A stretch of DNA of 64,000 nucleotides, from positions 12,495-76,494 of the forward strand of contig CAYNHP010000001.1 of the NCBI GenBank assembly GCA_964397235.1. The letters run 5' to 3'. Of this stretch, positions 17,893 through 28,189 are shown one piece after another. This DNA comes from an uncultured Bacteroides sp. GTDB lineage: Bacteria; Bacteroidota; Bacteroidia; Bacteroidales; Muribaculaceae. Within the stretch, counting starts at the first letter, position 1. Each line of letters begins with the position of its first letter. The translations under genes were made by a program, and so were the position numbers. The notes beneath the pieces were generated by a model. That model had not been told where the DNA came from, ran no database searches, and worked only from the letters and a program-made list of their open reading frames with translations.

Positions 17893-18474
17893 CTATTGGC
17901 GCAAGATTTCGGGCTCGTCGGGGTTCTGAAGGTCGATTATGGCCGACGGCATGCCTCCGAGCTCCTCGCCATGGATGAATACGTCAACGTCTGTGTCGGA
18001 CTCATAGGTCCACTCAACTGCATCGGGGTTTCCGGGCTCCTCGCATACGACGGAGGTGCACATCATCGGGCCGTCCAGCTCTTCGGCTACGGCGCGCGCA
18101 AAGTCGTTGTCGGGTATTCGGATGCCAACGGTTTTGCGGCCCTTGAAGGCCTTGGGCAAGGTGTTTGAGGCCGGGAGTACGTAGGTGACAGGCCCCGGTA
18201 GCGACTCTTTCATCACGTTGAAGGCCTTGTTTTCGATGCGCGCATAGCGGGCGGCCTGGCTGAGGTCCTTGCAGATTACGGAAAGCAAGTGTTTCTCCGT
18301 CAGGCCCTTGATGCGGCACAGCTTCTCGATAGCCTTGGGGTTGAGGCCGTCGCACACCAGGGCATAGAGCGTGTCGGTGGGTATGATGGCGATGCCGCCG
18401 CGACGCAGCGTTTCGGCTACGGCTTCGATGGCGCGGGTGTCGGGCTGCCGACCGAAAATCTGAATCTGTTCCAT
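17893..18474 (-). CDS. Sua5/YciO/YrdC-family protein
   Basis: IIPTDTLYALVCD, LPGPVTYVL, TVGIRIPD. Confidence 0.9.
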   Translation of the reverse strand: MEQIQIFGRQPDTRAIEAVAETLRRGGIAIIPTDTLYALVCDGLNPKAIEKLCRIKGLTEKHLLSVICKDLSQAARYARIENKAFNVMKESLPGPVTYVLPASNTLPKAFKGRKTVGIRIPDNDFARAVAEELDGPMMCTSVVCEEPGNPDAVEWTYESDTDVDVFIHGEELGGMPSAIIDLQNPDEPEILRQ

Positions 18475-18476
18475 GC

Positions 18477-19151
18477 TTAATCGTTTACTGAGTAGCGCGT
18501 TATGGCGATGTTAGTGGCGGAGGCGTACTGCTCGAGAAGCCGCCGGGACAGGTCAATGACCTCTTGCTCGGACATCTCCGACGGCCCGTACATACACAGG
18601 GTGACGACCAGGCGCCGGGTGCCGGTGGAGAGTTTGGTCCGCTCGTTGTCGGAGGTAGGTGTGCCCACGCCTCCGACTTCGTCGCGGAACACGGGCAGCC
18701 CTTCGATGTTCAGCGGCCCTCGCCCAATACCCTCGTAGGGTTCCTCGTGGCGACCGACGCCCAGGGTGAGTGTGTCGCCGACGATTTTGTCGCCGTCGAA
18801 AGCTCCCAGCGAGTGCCCCGAGGCCATGGATATGAGGTTGCCGAGGTCGATGCCGGTCAGGGAGCGGTAGAGGTCGAGGCCTTTTACGGCGCGACGCAGA
18901 AGAGCCTCGGAGCTGGGACGGTAGCGGTTGGGGTCCTTGCCGCAGGCTTTGTAGGCGTTGCGGATGGCGTCGATGGCAGGACGATGGCGCACGCGGTCCA
19001 TGGGCAGCGTTTCCTGCCACCGGTGGCTCTCGGCCTCAACCTCGGCCCACAGTCCGTCGCTCGTTTCGGGGTTAACTATATCGGCCTCAATGAGATACAC
19101 CACAAGCTCAGGTGCGTTTTGGCGGATTATCGGTTCGAATTGGAGTTTCAA
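18477..19151 (-). CDS. B3/B4-domain (PheRS-beta-like tRNA editing) protein
   Basis: GKDPNRYRPSSEALLRR, GIGRGPLNIEGLPVFRD, GTPTSDNERT; TTG start. Confidence 0.88.
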   Translation of the reverse strand: MKLQFEPIIRQNAPELVVYLIEADIVNPETSDGLWAEVEAESHRWQETLPMDRVRHRPAIDAIRNAYKACGKDPNRYRPSSEALLRRAVKGLDLYRSLTGIDLGNLISMASGHSLGAFDGDKIVGDTLTLGVGRHEEPYEGIGRGPLNIEGLPVFRDEVGGVGTPTSDNERTKLSTGTRRLVVTLCMYGPSEMSEQEVIDLSRRLLEQYASATNIAITRYSVND

Positions 19152-19154
19152 TAT

Positions 19155-19224
19155 GGGTTAATGTTTAAGGTTTAATGTTTAAGGTTTAATGGTTGAGGCT
19201 CCAGGTTTAATGTTTATGGTTTAA
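19155..19224. repeat. 7-bp tandem array (10 units, consensus KGTTTAA)
   Basis: gggttaa tgtttaa ggtttaa tgtttaa ggtttaa tggttga ggctcca ggtttaa tgtttat ggtttaa. Confidence 0.9.
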
Positions 19225-19276
19225 GGACTATAGCTCAATCCATTAATCTAACCTTGGTTTCGTTGGCGTAATTGAA

Positions 19277-19309
19277 TAAAGCCCCGGTGCGGGTTGCTCC
19301 GGGGCTTTA
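19277..19309 (-). terminator. Terminator after acyl-CoA dehydrogenase
   Basis: TAAAGCCCCGG...CCGGGGCTTTA stem. Confidence 0.75.
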
Positions 19310-19324
19310 GGGGTAGGAGTTCGA

Positions 19325-21025
19325 TTATACGTTGTAGGCTTCGAGTTGAGCCTTGTCGAAGTTTTCGATGAATTCGATGTGGCGAGCAACTTCGGCCTGC
19401 GCCATCTTGGTGTAGACGGTGAGGGTCTTGTCGAAGCTTTCGTCGGCAGCGGCGTCCTGCAGCAGGAGGTAGCTCATAACGATGTTACCGGCCATTTCAA
19501 CCAGGCGGCGGGCCATGAAGTCGGTGTAGCGGGTGTCGGCTGCCTCGGTTACCTTGGCAACGGCGGCTTCGTACTTGGCGGTAAGGTCCTCAAGCATGGG
19601 CTTGAAAGCTGCCAGGCGTTCGGGATATTCTGCGTCGGCCATCTCCTTGATGATAGCGGAGTAGGTGCCGGTGGTGACGTGGCGGATGGCTGCTACAACC
19701 TGCAGCTGGGTGGTGCCTTCGTAGATGGAAGTGATGCGGGCGTCGCGGTAAACGCGTTCGCAGGCATAGTCCTTCATGAAGCCTGAACCGCCGTGGATCT
19801 GGATGCAGTCGTAGGCGTTCTGGTTGCAGTACTCGCTGCCCATGCCTTTTACCATAGGAGTGAGGGCATCGGCGAAGCGGCTGTAGTGCTTCATTTCGGC
19901 ACGTTCCTCGTCGGTGAGCTTACGCTCGCGGGCGATGTCCTCGTACACCTTGTAGAGGTCCACATAGCGGGCGGTGGCGTAGAGAAGGCTGCGGGAAGCG
20001 TCGAGTTTTGCCTTCATGATGGCGAGCATTTCGGCCACGGCGGGGAATTCGATGATTGCTTTGCCGAACTGCATGCGTTCCTTGGCATACTGGAGGGCTT
20101 CGCGGTAAGCGATTTCGCTCACACCCACGCTCTGGGCTGCGATGCCGAGGCGGGCGCCGTTCATCAGGGCCATAACGTACTTGATGAGGCCCATGCGGCG
20201 GCTGCCGCAAAGTTCGGCGGGAGCGTTTTTGTATACGAGCTCGCAGGTGGGAGATCCCTTGATACCCATCTTGTTCTCGATGCGGCGAACATCAACGCCA
20301 CCGTTGCGCTTGTCGTAGATGAACATCGACAGGCCGCGGCCGTCCTTGGTGCCGTTTTCGGAGCGGGCCAGCACCAGGTGGATGTCGGAGTCGCCGTTGG
20401 TGATGAAGCGTTTCACGCCGTTGAGTACCCATGTGCCGTCCTCTTTCTGAGTGGCCTTGAGCATAACCGACTGGAGGTCGGAGCCGGCGTCGGGCTCGGT
20501 GAGGTCCATGGACATGGTTTCACCTTCGCAAACGCGGGGAATATACTTGGCGCGCTGCTCTTCGGAACCGAACTCGTAGAGGGTTTCTGCGCAGTCCTGG
20601 AGGCCCCAGAGGTTTTCGAAACCGGTGTCGGCGCGCGACACGATTTCAGCGGCCATGATGTAGGGGGTGATGGGGAAGTTGAGGCCACCGAAGCGGCGGG
20701 GCATAGCCATGCCCATGAGGCCGGCCTTGCGGCAAAGTTCGAGGTTCTCCTTGGTGCCGTCGGCATATACCACGCGACCGTTCTCTACGTGGGGACCCTG
20801 ATGGTCAACGCTCTCGGCGTTTTCGGCGATGGTTCCGCCGCAGATTTCGCCTACGATTTCGAGAACCTTGTCGTAGTTGTCCATTGCGTCCTCGTAGTTG
20901 AGAGGAGCGTAGTCGAAGGTCTTGGCATCAGCGAAATTGCGCTCTTTGAGCTCAACGATCTTCTTCATCAGAGGATGATTCAGATGATGCTTCAGATCGG
21001 GATTGTCTGTATAAAAATTAGCCAT
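19325..21025 (-). CDS. Acyl-CoA dehydrogenase
   Basis: SMDLTEPDAGSDL, LNGVKRFITNG, QIHGGSGFM, IYEGTTQLQ. Confidence 0.96.
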   Translation of the reverse strand: MANFYTDNPDLKHHLNHPLMKKIVELKERNFADAKTFDYAPLNYEDAMDNYDKVLEIVGEICGGTIAENAESVDHQGPHVENGRVVYADGTKENLELCRKAGLMGMAMPRRFGGLNFPITPYIMAAEIVSRADTGFENLWGLQDCAETLYEFGSEEQRAKYIPRVCEGETMSMDLTEPDAGSDLQSVMLKATQKEDGTWVLNGVKRFITNGDSDIHLVLARSENGTKDGRGLSMFIYDKRNGGVDVRRIENKMGIKGSPTCELVYKNAPAELCGSRRMGLIKYVMALMNGARLGIAAQSVGVSEIAYREALQYAKERMQFGKAIIEFPAVAEMLAIMKAKLDASRSLLYATARYVDLYKVYEDIARERKLTDEERAEMKHYSRFADALTPMVKGMGSEYCNQNAYDCIQIHGGSGFMKDYACERVYRDARITSIYEGTTQLQVVAAIRHVTTGTYSAIIKEMADAEYPERLAAFKPMLEDLTAKYEAAVAKVTEAADTRYTDFMARRLVEMAGNIVMSYLLLQDAAADESFDKTLTVYTKMAQAEVARHIEFIENFDKAQLEAYNV

Positions 21026-21041
21026 TGCTTGTTGTTTTTTC

Positions 21042-21120
21042 GGTTTATGGGTTAAGGTTCAAAGTTTAGGGTTTAATGAGGTGAAACGTACTTTAAACAT
21101 TAAACTTTAAACATTAAACA
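21042..21120. repeat. Inverted pair of 7-bp arrays (5x GGTTTAA-like, 16-bp spacer, 4x TTAAACW)
   Basis: ggtttat gggttaa ggttcaa agtttag ggtttaa | tgaggtgaaacgtact | ttaaaca ttaaact ttaaaca ttaaaca. Confidence 0.85.
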
Positions 21121-21148
21121 CAAATGAATTAACCCTGATTGAGCTCGC

Positions 21149-22177
21149 TTACTTGGAGTTCTTTTTGTAGTATTTGATGAGCTTGGGCACCACTTCTTCC
21201 ATGTCGCCGGTGATAACGTAGTCGGCGATTTTGTTGATAGGTGCGTTGGGGTCGTTGTTGATGGAGATTATGATTGAGCTCTCCTGCATGCCGGCGATGT
21301 GCTGAATCTGGCCGGAGATGCCGCAGGCGATGTAGAGCTTGGGGCGAACGGTGACGCCGGTCTGGCCGATCTGGCGTTCGTGTTCGATGAAACCGGCGTC
21401 GACGGCGGCGCGGGAAGCACCGACTTCAGCACCGAGGGTGTCGGCCAGGTCGAACAGGAGCTGGAAGTTCTCCTTGGAGCCTACACCATAACCACCGGCT
21501 ACGATGATGGGGGAGTTCTTGATGTTGACCTTGCTCTTTTCGATGTGACGGTCGATGATTTCGACTATGAAGTCCTCGTCCTTGACATACTTTGCGGGGT
21601 CGAGATTAACCACTTCGCCCTTATATTCGGGGTCCTTGATTTCTTTCTTCATCACGCCCTCGCGCACGGTAGCCATCTGGGGGCGGCACTCGGGGTTGAC
21701 GATTGTAGCCACGATGTTGCCGCCGAAAGCGGGACGGATCTGATAGAGGAGGTCGGTGTACTCCTTGCCGGTCTTGGCGTCCTTGTGGTCGCCGATTTCC
21801 AGGGCGGTGCAGTCGGCGGTGAGGCCGCTGTGGAGGCAGGAGGACACGCGGGGGCCGAGGTCGCGGCCGATGCATGTTGCGCCCATGAGGCACACCTGAG
21901 GCTTGATTTCCTTGAACAGGTTGATAAGCACTGCGGCGTGGGGGTTGGAGGTGTAGGGATAGAGACGCTTGTCCTCTACTTTATATACGGTGTCGGCACC
22001 GTAGGGGAAAATCTGCTTTTCTACGCCGTCGAGCTTGTCGCCGATGACGAGTGCTTCGAGTTTTACGCCTAACTTGTCGGCCAGCACGCGGCCCTTGGTG
22101 AGAAGTTCGAGGCTCACATCGGCGATCTTTCCGTCTTCGTATTCGCAGTAGACTACGAGATTATTTTTGTCTGCCAT
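21149..22177 (-). CDS. etfA: Electron transfer flavoprotein alpha subunit
   Basis: GLTADCT, RPAFGGN, QIGQTGVTVRPKLYIACGISGQIQH. Confidence 0.96.
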   Translation of the reverse strand: MADKNNLVVYCEYEDGKIADVSLELLTKGRVLADKLGVKLEALVIGDKLDGVEKQIFPYGADTVYKVEDKRLYPYTSNPHAAVLINLFKEIKPQVCLMGATCIGRDLGPRVSSCLHSGLTADCTALEIGDHKDAKTGKEYTDLLYQIRPAFGGNIVATIVNPECRPQMATVREGVMKKEIKDPEYKGEVVNLDPAKYVKDEDFIVEIIDRHIEKSKVNIKNSPIIVAGGYGVGSKENFQLLFDLADTLGAEVGASRAAVDAGFIEHERQIGQTGVTVRPKLYIACGISGQIQHIAGMQESSIIISINNDPNAPINKIADYVITGDMEEVVPKLIKYYKKNSK

Positions 22178-22207
22178 AGTTTGTTTGAATTGATTTGCCG
22201 ACCGAAA

Positions 22208-23080
22208 TCAGCCGATAGTGTGGTTAGCGATGAGTTCCTTGACGAGGTTTTCGATTTCTTCGTCGTTATTTTCGAGCACGCGGCTTTCCTTGGCGGTGAA
22301 CACTACGTTCTCGATGGCCTTAACCTTTGTGGGGGAGCCGGGGAGACCGATCTGCTCGGGGTCGGCTTCGATGAAGGCTGCGTTCCATTCCTGAATGTTG
22401 AGTTCGGAGCGGTTCTTGACAATTTCAGCAACCTCTTCGGAGAGCTTGCCGGCCTCGGAGGGAGAAACGGCGTATTTGTACTTCATCAGGCGCTGTGCGT
22501 TGCGGGGACGGCAGTCGGCTGCGGAACCGTTGACGGTAACCACGCAGGGCAGGGGAGCCTTCACAGTCTCGACGCCGTGTTCGAGGCGACGCTTAACGGT
22601 GATGTGGCCGTCGGCGCAGTCCATGATTTCTTCGGCATAGGTCACCTGGGGGATGCCGAGTTTTTCGGCTACCTGAGGACCAACCTGAGCGGTGTCGCCG
22701 TCGATGGCCTGACGACCGCCGAGGATGATGTCGTAATCACCGATTTTCTTGATTGCCTGAGCCAGGGTGTAGGAGGTGGCCAGGGTGTCGGCGCCGCCCA
22801 GGGGACGGTCGGTCACAACGATGCCCTTGTCGGCACCGCGGAAGATAGCTTCGCGAACAATCTCTGCAGCACGGGGCAGACCCATGGTGAGGAGAGTGAC
22901 GGTGCTACCGGGGTTTGCGTCCTTCAACCGCAGGGCCTGCTCCAGGGCGTTGAGGTCCTCAGGGTTGAAAATCGCGGGGAGTGCGGCACGGTTAATGGTG
23001 CCGTCTTCCTTCATGGCATCTTTGCCTACGTTGCGGGTGTCGGGCACCTGCTTGGCAAGCACAATGATGTTTAAACTCAT
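22208..23080 (-). CDS. etfB: Electron transfer flavoprotein beta subunit
   Basis: KQVPDT, GADTLATS, GRQAIDGDTAQVGP. Confidence 0.96.
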   Translation of the reverse strand: MSLNIIVLAKQVPDTRNVGKDAMKEDGTINRAALPAIFNPEDLNALEQALRLKDANPGSTVTLLTMGLPRAAEIVREAIFRGADKGIVVTDRPLGGADTLATSYTLAQAIKKIGDYDIILGGRQAIDGDTAQVGPQVAEKLGIPQVTYAEEIMDCADGHITVKRRLEHGVETVKAPLPCVVTVNGSAADCRPRNAQRLMKYKYAVSPSEAGKLSEEVAEIVKNRSELNIQEWNAAFIEADPEQIGLPGSPTKVKAIENVVFTAKESRVLENNDEEIENLVKELIANHTIG

Positions 23081-23224
23081 AATGATATGGTTTTAGGTGT
23101 AATATATTTCGTCAAGTAGTTATAGGCTACAAAAGTACAAAGAATTTTTCCAAGAATGTCCACACGGGGGGGCAAAATATGCCGGGGCGGGTGTTAAAAT
23201 TCTTTAACCGAGCTTCTTCGGGCT

Positions 23225-26200
23225 TCACGCTTTCTTATCTGACATTTTGACTTTGCGCAGGCGTGGGGTCTTGCCTTTGAGGGTGCTTTCGACCCACTTG
23301 CGGGCGTTGATGAAGGCATCGATCCAGACGGTGACTTCGTCGAAGCGCTGCTTGCGGGGGTACACGGCGCACTGCCAGGGGAAGATGGCGCGTTCGAGGT
23401 GAGGCATGATGGCCACGTGGCGTCCGTCCTCGCTGCACATTGCGGCAATGTTCAGGTCGGAGCCGTTGGGGTTGCCGGGATAGCCGCTGTAGTTGTACTG
23501 CGCGGCGATTTCCGTTCCGGCGGGCACCTTGCCGTTTTCGAGTACGAACCGGCCCTCGCCGTGAGCCACCCAGATTCCGGCTTTGACTCCGGCCAGGGGG
23601 CCGAACATCACGCTGTGGCTCCGGGGAATGGTCAGCGTTACGAATTCTGACTCGAACTTGTGGGAGAGGTTGTGGGCCATGTGGATGCTGCGTTTTTCGG
23701 GGAAGCCTTCGATGACGCCGAGCTCAATCATGAGCTGGCAACCGTTGCACACGCCGAGGCTGAGGGTGTCCTCACGCTCGTAGAACCGGCGCAGGGTGGC
23801 CTTTGCAGTGTCGTTGAAGAGGAACCCGCTGGCCCATCCTTTGGCCGAACCGAGGACGTCGGAGTTGGAGAAACCGCCGCAGAACACAATCATGTTCACG
23901 TCGTCGAGGGTTTCGCGGCCGCTCATGAGGTCGGTCATGTGGACGTCCTTGACGTCGAAGCCGGCCAGGTAGAGGGAGTAGGCCATTTCGCGCTCGCCGT
24001 TGATGCCCTTGTCGCGGATGATTGCGGCGCGGACGCCCGTGGGCTTGTTGCGGCGGGTTGTGAGCATGCGTGAGGCAAGTGAACCGCTGAATTTGTTGGG
24101 GAAGCGGAATTCGACGGGCTGGATGTCGAAGTTTTCGAAGCGCTCCTGGGCGCAAGTGCCTGCACTCTGGAGGCGGTCGAAGAGATAGCTGGTGCGGAAC
24201 CAGGTTCGACGTGCGGTGGGGATTGAAAGGAGGAAGGTCTTGTCGGCGTGGGTAACGGTCATGACGCTTTCGTGGGTCGGAGCGGCGATGGGGAAGTACT
24301 TCACGCCGGAAGCATCGAGGTGCTTTTCAGCACGTTTGCGCACATTGTCCTCCACCTGGATTACCACGGCTGGATTCTCGGCGAAGAGAATCTTGACCAG
24401 GTCGGTCTCGCCGTACATGGCGAAGCCGTCGGTGTAGAAGTTCAGGCCGCCCTTGGTGTTGCCGAACTGCATTTCGAGCAGGGTGGTGATGAGGCCGCCG
24501 GCGCTTACGTCGTGCATGGCAGCTACAAGGCCGAGCGAGTTGAGCGTCTGAACCAGCTCGAAGGCTTTCTTGAAGTAGTCGGTGTCGCTTACGTCAGGAA
24601 CTTTGTCGCCTACCCGTCCGAGGGTCTGCGCGAGGGCCGAACCACCCAGGCTGAGGGGAGTGTTGCTGAAGTCGATATAATAGTATCCGGAGCAGAGGCC
24701 GGTTTTAGCTACAGGGGAAGCGATGCGGCGGATGTCCTTGACTTCGCCGGCGGCGGAGATGATAACCGTTCCGGGGGCCATGACCTTGGTACCGTCGGGG
24801 TATTTCTGGGTCATGGAGAGACTGTCCTTGCCTGTGGGAATGTTGCAGCCGAGGTCGCACACGAACTTGGAGCAAGCTTCGACGGCGCGGTAGAGAGCGG
24901 CGTCCTGGCCGGGGTTCTTGCAGGGCCACATCCAGTTGGCGCTCAGGGAGATCGCCGAGAGGCCGCCGTTGAGCGGAGCTCCTGCGATGTTGGTAAGAGC
25001 TTCGGCAACGGACAGTCGTGAGGCAGCTTCTACATCGGCGAGACCCACCTGGGGTGCGTGGCCGATGGAGGTTGCGATGCCGGCCTTTCCGTGGTAGTCG
25101 AGGGCCACGGCGCCGCAGTCGCTCAGCGGGAGCTGAATCTCGCCCTGGCACTGCTGTCGGGCCACTTTGCCCGTTACGGAGCGGTCCACCTTGTTGGTGA
25201 GCCAGTCCTTGCAGGCTACGGAGTCGAGACTGAGGACGGCGTCAAGGTAGGAAGGGATGAGGCTTTCGTCGTACTCCACAGGAGCCGGGGTTTCGACCAC
25301 GGTGGTATCGGTGATGACGGTTTTGGGCGGATTTCCGAGCATGTCGCTCACGGCAAGGTCGATTGCGGCGCGGCCGTCGGCGTGGGCAAAGTGGAGGCGA
25401 TGGTCGTCGGTGGTGCGGCCAACCACATAGAATGGGGCCCGTTCGCGGTCGGCAACCCGGCGTACGCGTTCGATGTCGCCCTCGTTGATTACGAAGCCCA
25501 TGCGTTCCTGGCTTTCGTTGCCGATGATTTCTTTGTCGGAGAGTGTGGGGTCGCCGATGGGGAGTGCGTCGATGTTGATGTCGCCGCCGGTGCTTTCAAT
25601 CAGTTCCGACAGGGCGTTGAGGTGACCGCCCGCACCGTGGTCGTGGATTGAAACGATGGGGTTGTCGTCGCTTTCGGCCAAGGAACGGATGAGGTTGGCC
25701 ACGCGCTTCTGCATTTCGGGGTTGGCACGCTGCACGGCGTTGAGTTCGATGGCGCCGGCATAGCGTCCGGTGTCGACGGAGCTGACGGCGCCGCCACCCA
25801 TTCCGATGCGGTAGTTGTCGCCGCCGGAGATTGCCACCACCTGGCCCGGTTCGGGTTCACCCTTGATTGCATCGCGCTTGGCGGCATAGCCTACGCCGCC
25901 GGCGAGCATAATCACTTTATCGTAACCCCATGTGCGACCGTTCTCTTCGTGCTCGAAGGTGAACAGTGAGCCGCAGATGAGGGGCTGGCCGAACTTGTTG
26001 CCGAAGTCCGATGCGCCGTTGGAGGCTTTGATGAGGATGTCGGCGGGTGTCTGGTACAGCCACTTGCGGGGCTGGATCATGTACTCCCAGGTGCGGTAGA
26101 GCTCATCGGCGAAACGGGGGTAGGAGGTCATGTACACCGCCGTGCCGGCCATAGGCAGGGATGCTTTGCCGCCACCCAGACGGTCGCGGATTTCGCCGCC

Positions 26201-26995
26201 GGAACCGGTGGCAGCGCCGTTGAAGGGCTCGACGGTGGTGGGGAAGTTATGGGTCTCGGCTTTGAGCGAGAGTACGGTGTCGATGGGTTTTTCGGCGAAA
26301 TAAGAAGGTTGGTCGCCGCGCTCGGGTGCAAACTGGGTGATTCGCGGGCCCTCCACGAAGGCGACATTATCCTTGTAGGCCGACACGAGGCGCCCGGGAT
26401 TGGTCTGGCTGGTGAGCTTGATGAGTTTGAACAGCGACATGGGTTTCTCCTGGCCGTCGATGATGAACGTGCCGTTGAAGATTTTATGACGGCAGTGCTC
26501 GGAGTTCACCTGCGAGAAGCCGAACACCTCGCTGTCGGTGAGCTGACGGCCCAGGCGTTCGGCCAGGGATGCCAGGTAAGCCTCTTCGTCGGGGCTCAGG
26601 GCGAGGCCTTCGGTGGCGTTGTACTCGTGGATGTCGGCGATATAAACCGGTTCGGCGGCGGTGGCATCGATGGTGAACACGTCGCCGTCGGGGTTTTGGT
26701 ACACGCGCTGGAGCATCGGGTCGAAATCCGGGTTCTCGTCGGCGGTGCGACGGAACTCTTCTATACGAAGAATGCCGTCCAATCCCATGTTCTGGGTGAT
26801 TTCGACGGCATTTGTGCTCCAGGGAGTTATCATTTCTTTACGCGGTCCGATAAATGTGCCTTTGAGGGCGTCGGCGGTGGCAATCTCTGCCTCGCCGAAA
26901 AGCCATTTCAGGCGCACAATCTCGTCCTTGGCAAGGTCGTGGTTGCTTTGGACGGCATATAAGTTGTTGTCTTGGTCGGTAAAAAATACTACCAT
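23225..26995 (-). CDS. purL: Phosphoribosylformylglycinamidine synthase (large type)
   Basis: NSEHCRHKIFN, KAETHNFPT, GGFSNSDVLG, GVCNGCQ, MPHLER. Confidence 0.98.
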   Translation of the reverse strand: MVVFFTDQDNNLYAVQSNHDLAKDEIVRLKWLFGEAEIATADALKGTFIGPRKEMITPWSTNAVEITQNMGLDGILRIEEFRRTADENPDFDPMLQRVYQNPDGDVFTIDATAAEPVYIADIHEYNATEGLALSPDEEAYLASLAERLGRQLTDSEVFGFSQVNSEHCRHKIFNGTFIIDGQEKPMSLFKLIKLTSQTNPGRLVSAYKDNVAFVEGPRITQFAPERGDQPSYFAEKPIDTVLSLKAETHNFPTTVEPFNGAATGSGGEIRDRLGGGKASLPMAGTAVYMTSYPRFADELYRTWEYMIQPRKWLYQTPADILIKASNGASDFGNKFGQPLICGSLFTFEHEENGRTWGYDKVIMLAGGVGYAAKRDAIKGEPEPGQVVAISGGDNYRIGMGGGAVSSVDTGRYAGAIELNAVQRANPEMQKRVANLIRSLAESDDNPIVSIHDHGAGGHLNALSELIESTGGDINIDALPIGDPTLSDKEIIGNESQERMGFVINEGDIERVRRVADRERAPFYVVGRTTDDHRLHFAHADGRAAIDLAVSDMLGNPPKTVITDTTVVETPAPVEYDESLIPSYLDAVLSLDSVACKDWLTNKVDRSVTGKVARQQCQGEIQLPLSDCGAVALDYHGKAGIATSIGHAPQVGLADVEAASRLSVAEALTNIAGAPLNGGLSAISLSANWMWPCKNPGQDAALYRAVEACSKFVCDLGCNIPTGKDSLSMTQKYPDGTKVMAPGTVIISAAGEVKDIRRIASPVAKTGLCSGYYYIDFSNTPLSLGGSALAQTLGRVGDKVPDVSDTDYFKKAFELVQTLNSLGLVAAMHDVSAGGLITTLLEMQFGNTKGGLNFYTDGFAMYGETDLVKILFAENPAVVIQVEDNVRKRAEKHLDASGVKYFPIAAPTHESVMTVTHADKTFLLSIPTARRTWFRTSYLFDRLQSAGTCAQERFENFDIQPVEFRFPNKFSGSLASRMLTTRRNKPTGVRAAIIRDKGINGEREMAYSLYLAGFDVKDVHMTDLMSGRETLDDVNMIVFCGGFSNSDVLGSAKGWASGFLFNDTAKATLRRFYEREDTLSLGVCNGCQLMIELGVIEGFPEKRSIHMAHNLSHKFESEFVTLTIPRSHSVMFGPLAGVKAGIWVAHGEGRFVLENGKVPAGTEIAAQYNYSGYPGNPNGSDLNIAAMCSEDGRHVAIMPHLERAIFPWQCAVYPRKQRFDEVTVWIDAFINARKWVESTLKGKTPRLRKVKMSDKKA

Positions 26996-27055
26996 TGCAG
27001 AAATATGTTGATTTACGGGTGCAAAGGTAGTAATAATTCGTCACTTATGCAAATT

Positions 27056-28189
27056 TTAGCGTGTTGCGAGGAGCTCCCGGAACAGACTTTCCCAACGGTT
27101 GATGATGGCTTGGGGGTCGTAACGTCGTGCCAGTGTGAAAGATGCGTCGCCCATAGTCCGGCGCAAATTTTCGTCGTCCATGAGCTTTTTCAGGGCGTTG
27201 ACCATTGAGCTGCCGTTCTCGGGCGGGATAAGGAAGCCTGTTGTGCCATGGGAAATGATTTCGGAAGGTCCGCAGGGACAGTCGAAAGCCACCACCGGGA
27301 TGCCGGTGCTCATGGCCTCAATCAGCGAGAGGGGTAAGCCTTCGTAGAGAGCTGTGTGCAGGAGGATGGAAGCCGAGGAATATGCCGAGCCGTCGGGGGG
27401 CATGCTCCCTTTCAGGAATACGCTGTCCTGCAGGCGTTTGCGGTTGATGATTTCCTGGAGATAGGTCTTGTCGGGCCCCTCGCCGTAGATTTCGAGCGTC
27501 CAGTCGGGGTGTGAGCTTTGGACCTGCTCCCAAACCTCAAGCATGGCGGGGTAGTTTTTCTGGTATTCCAAGCGCCCGACGGCGATGACGCGTTTGGCCA
27601 CGAGAGGTGCCGGCTCCTTCACACCGATAGTTACGAAGTTTGGGATTACGACGACGTTGGAGTGGGTTTTCCAGTGGACTGCATCGGAGGCTGTCAGGAC
27701 CACGAAGCGGTCGTAGCGGGCAAGGTTGCGGCCGTCGGTGCGGGTGAGGTGGCTGTCGATGGCACGCCAGATTCCTCTGCGCTTTTTCTGCAAGCGATAG
27801 AAACGCGAGAAGTGAAGCTCGGCCACCGTAGCGGCGCCACCGGCGATGTCGGGCAGGAATCCGACCTCGTTGCCTACGGTGGATATGACCACATCGGGAT
27901 GCTTGAGGGCGATGACCTTTTGCAGGAACTTGCGGTGGGCCTGCATCTTGCGCTTGCGGGCGAGGTACTTGCTGAGGGGGTTAAGACCGATTGTTTGGGA
28001 GTACATCACATCGGAGTCCAACCGCCGGACGCCGCGCTCAAGCGGGAAGAAATCAGGGCGCCCGGCCTGGTCGGTGGTGACGATGGTGACCTCATGCCCT
28101 CGCCGGCAAAAGGCATTGGCCTTGGCGACGACCATACGCTCCATCCCGCCGGGGTTGCAGGTTCCGTGCACGCAGTAGAGTATCTTCAT
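27056..28189 (-). CDS. Glycosyltransferase family 4
   Basis: NPGGMER, AVGRLEYQKN, YEGLPLSLIEAMSTGIPVVAFDCPCGP. Confidence 0.93.
   Translation of the reverse strand: MKILYCVHGTCNPGGMERMVVAKANAFCRRGHEVTIVTTDQAGRPDFFPLERGVRRLDSDVMYSQTIGLNPLSKYLARKRKMQAHRKFLQKVIALKHPDVVISTVGNEVGFLPDIAGGAATVAELHFSRFYRLQKKRRGIWRAIDSHLTRTDGRNLARYDRFVVLTASDAVHWKTHSNVVVIPNFVTIGVKEPAPLVAKRVIAVGRLEYQKNYPAMLEVWEQVQSSHPDWTLEIYGEGPDKTYLQEIINRKRLQDSVFLKGSMPPDGSAYSSASILLHTALYEGLPLSLIEAMSTGIPVVAFDCPCGPSEIISHGTTGFLIPPENGSSMVNALKKLMDDENLRRTMGDASFTLARRYDPQAIINRWESLFRELLATR

Noticed and set aside
1515-26962. Long antisense ORFs (e.g. 1515-2216, 4028-5437, 19793-21055, 22181-23074)
   Set aside because: Mirror frames of strongly codon-biased GC-rich genes, with no recognisable motifs.
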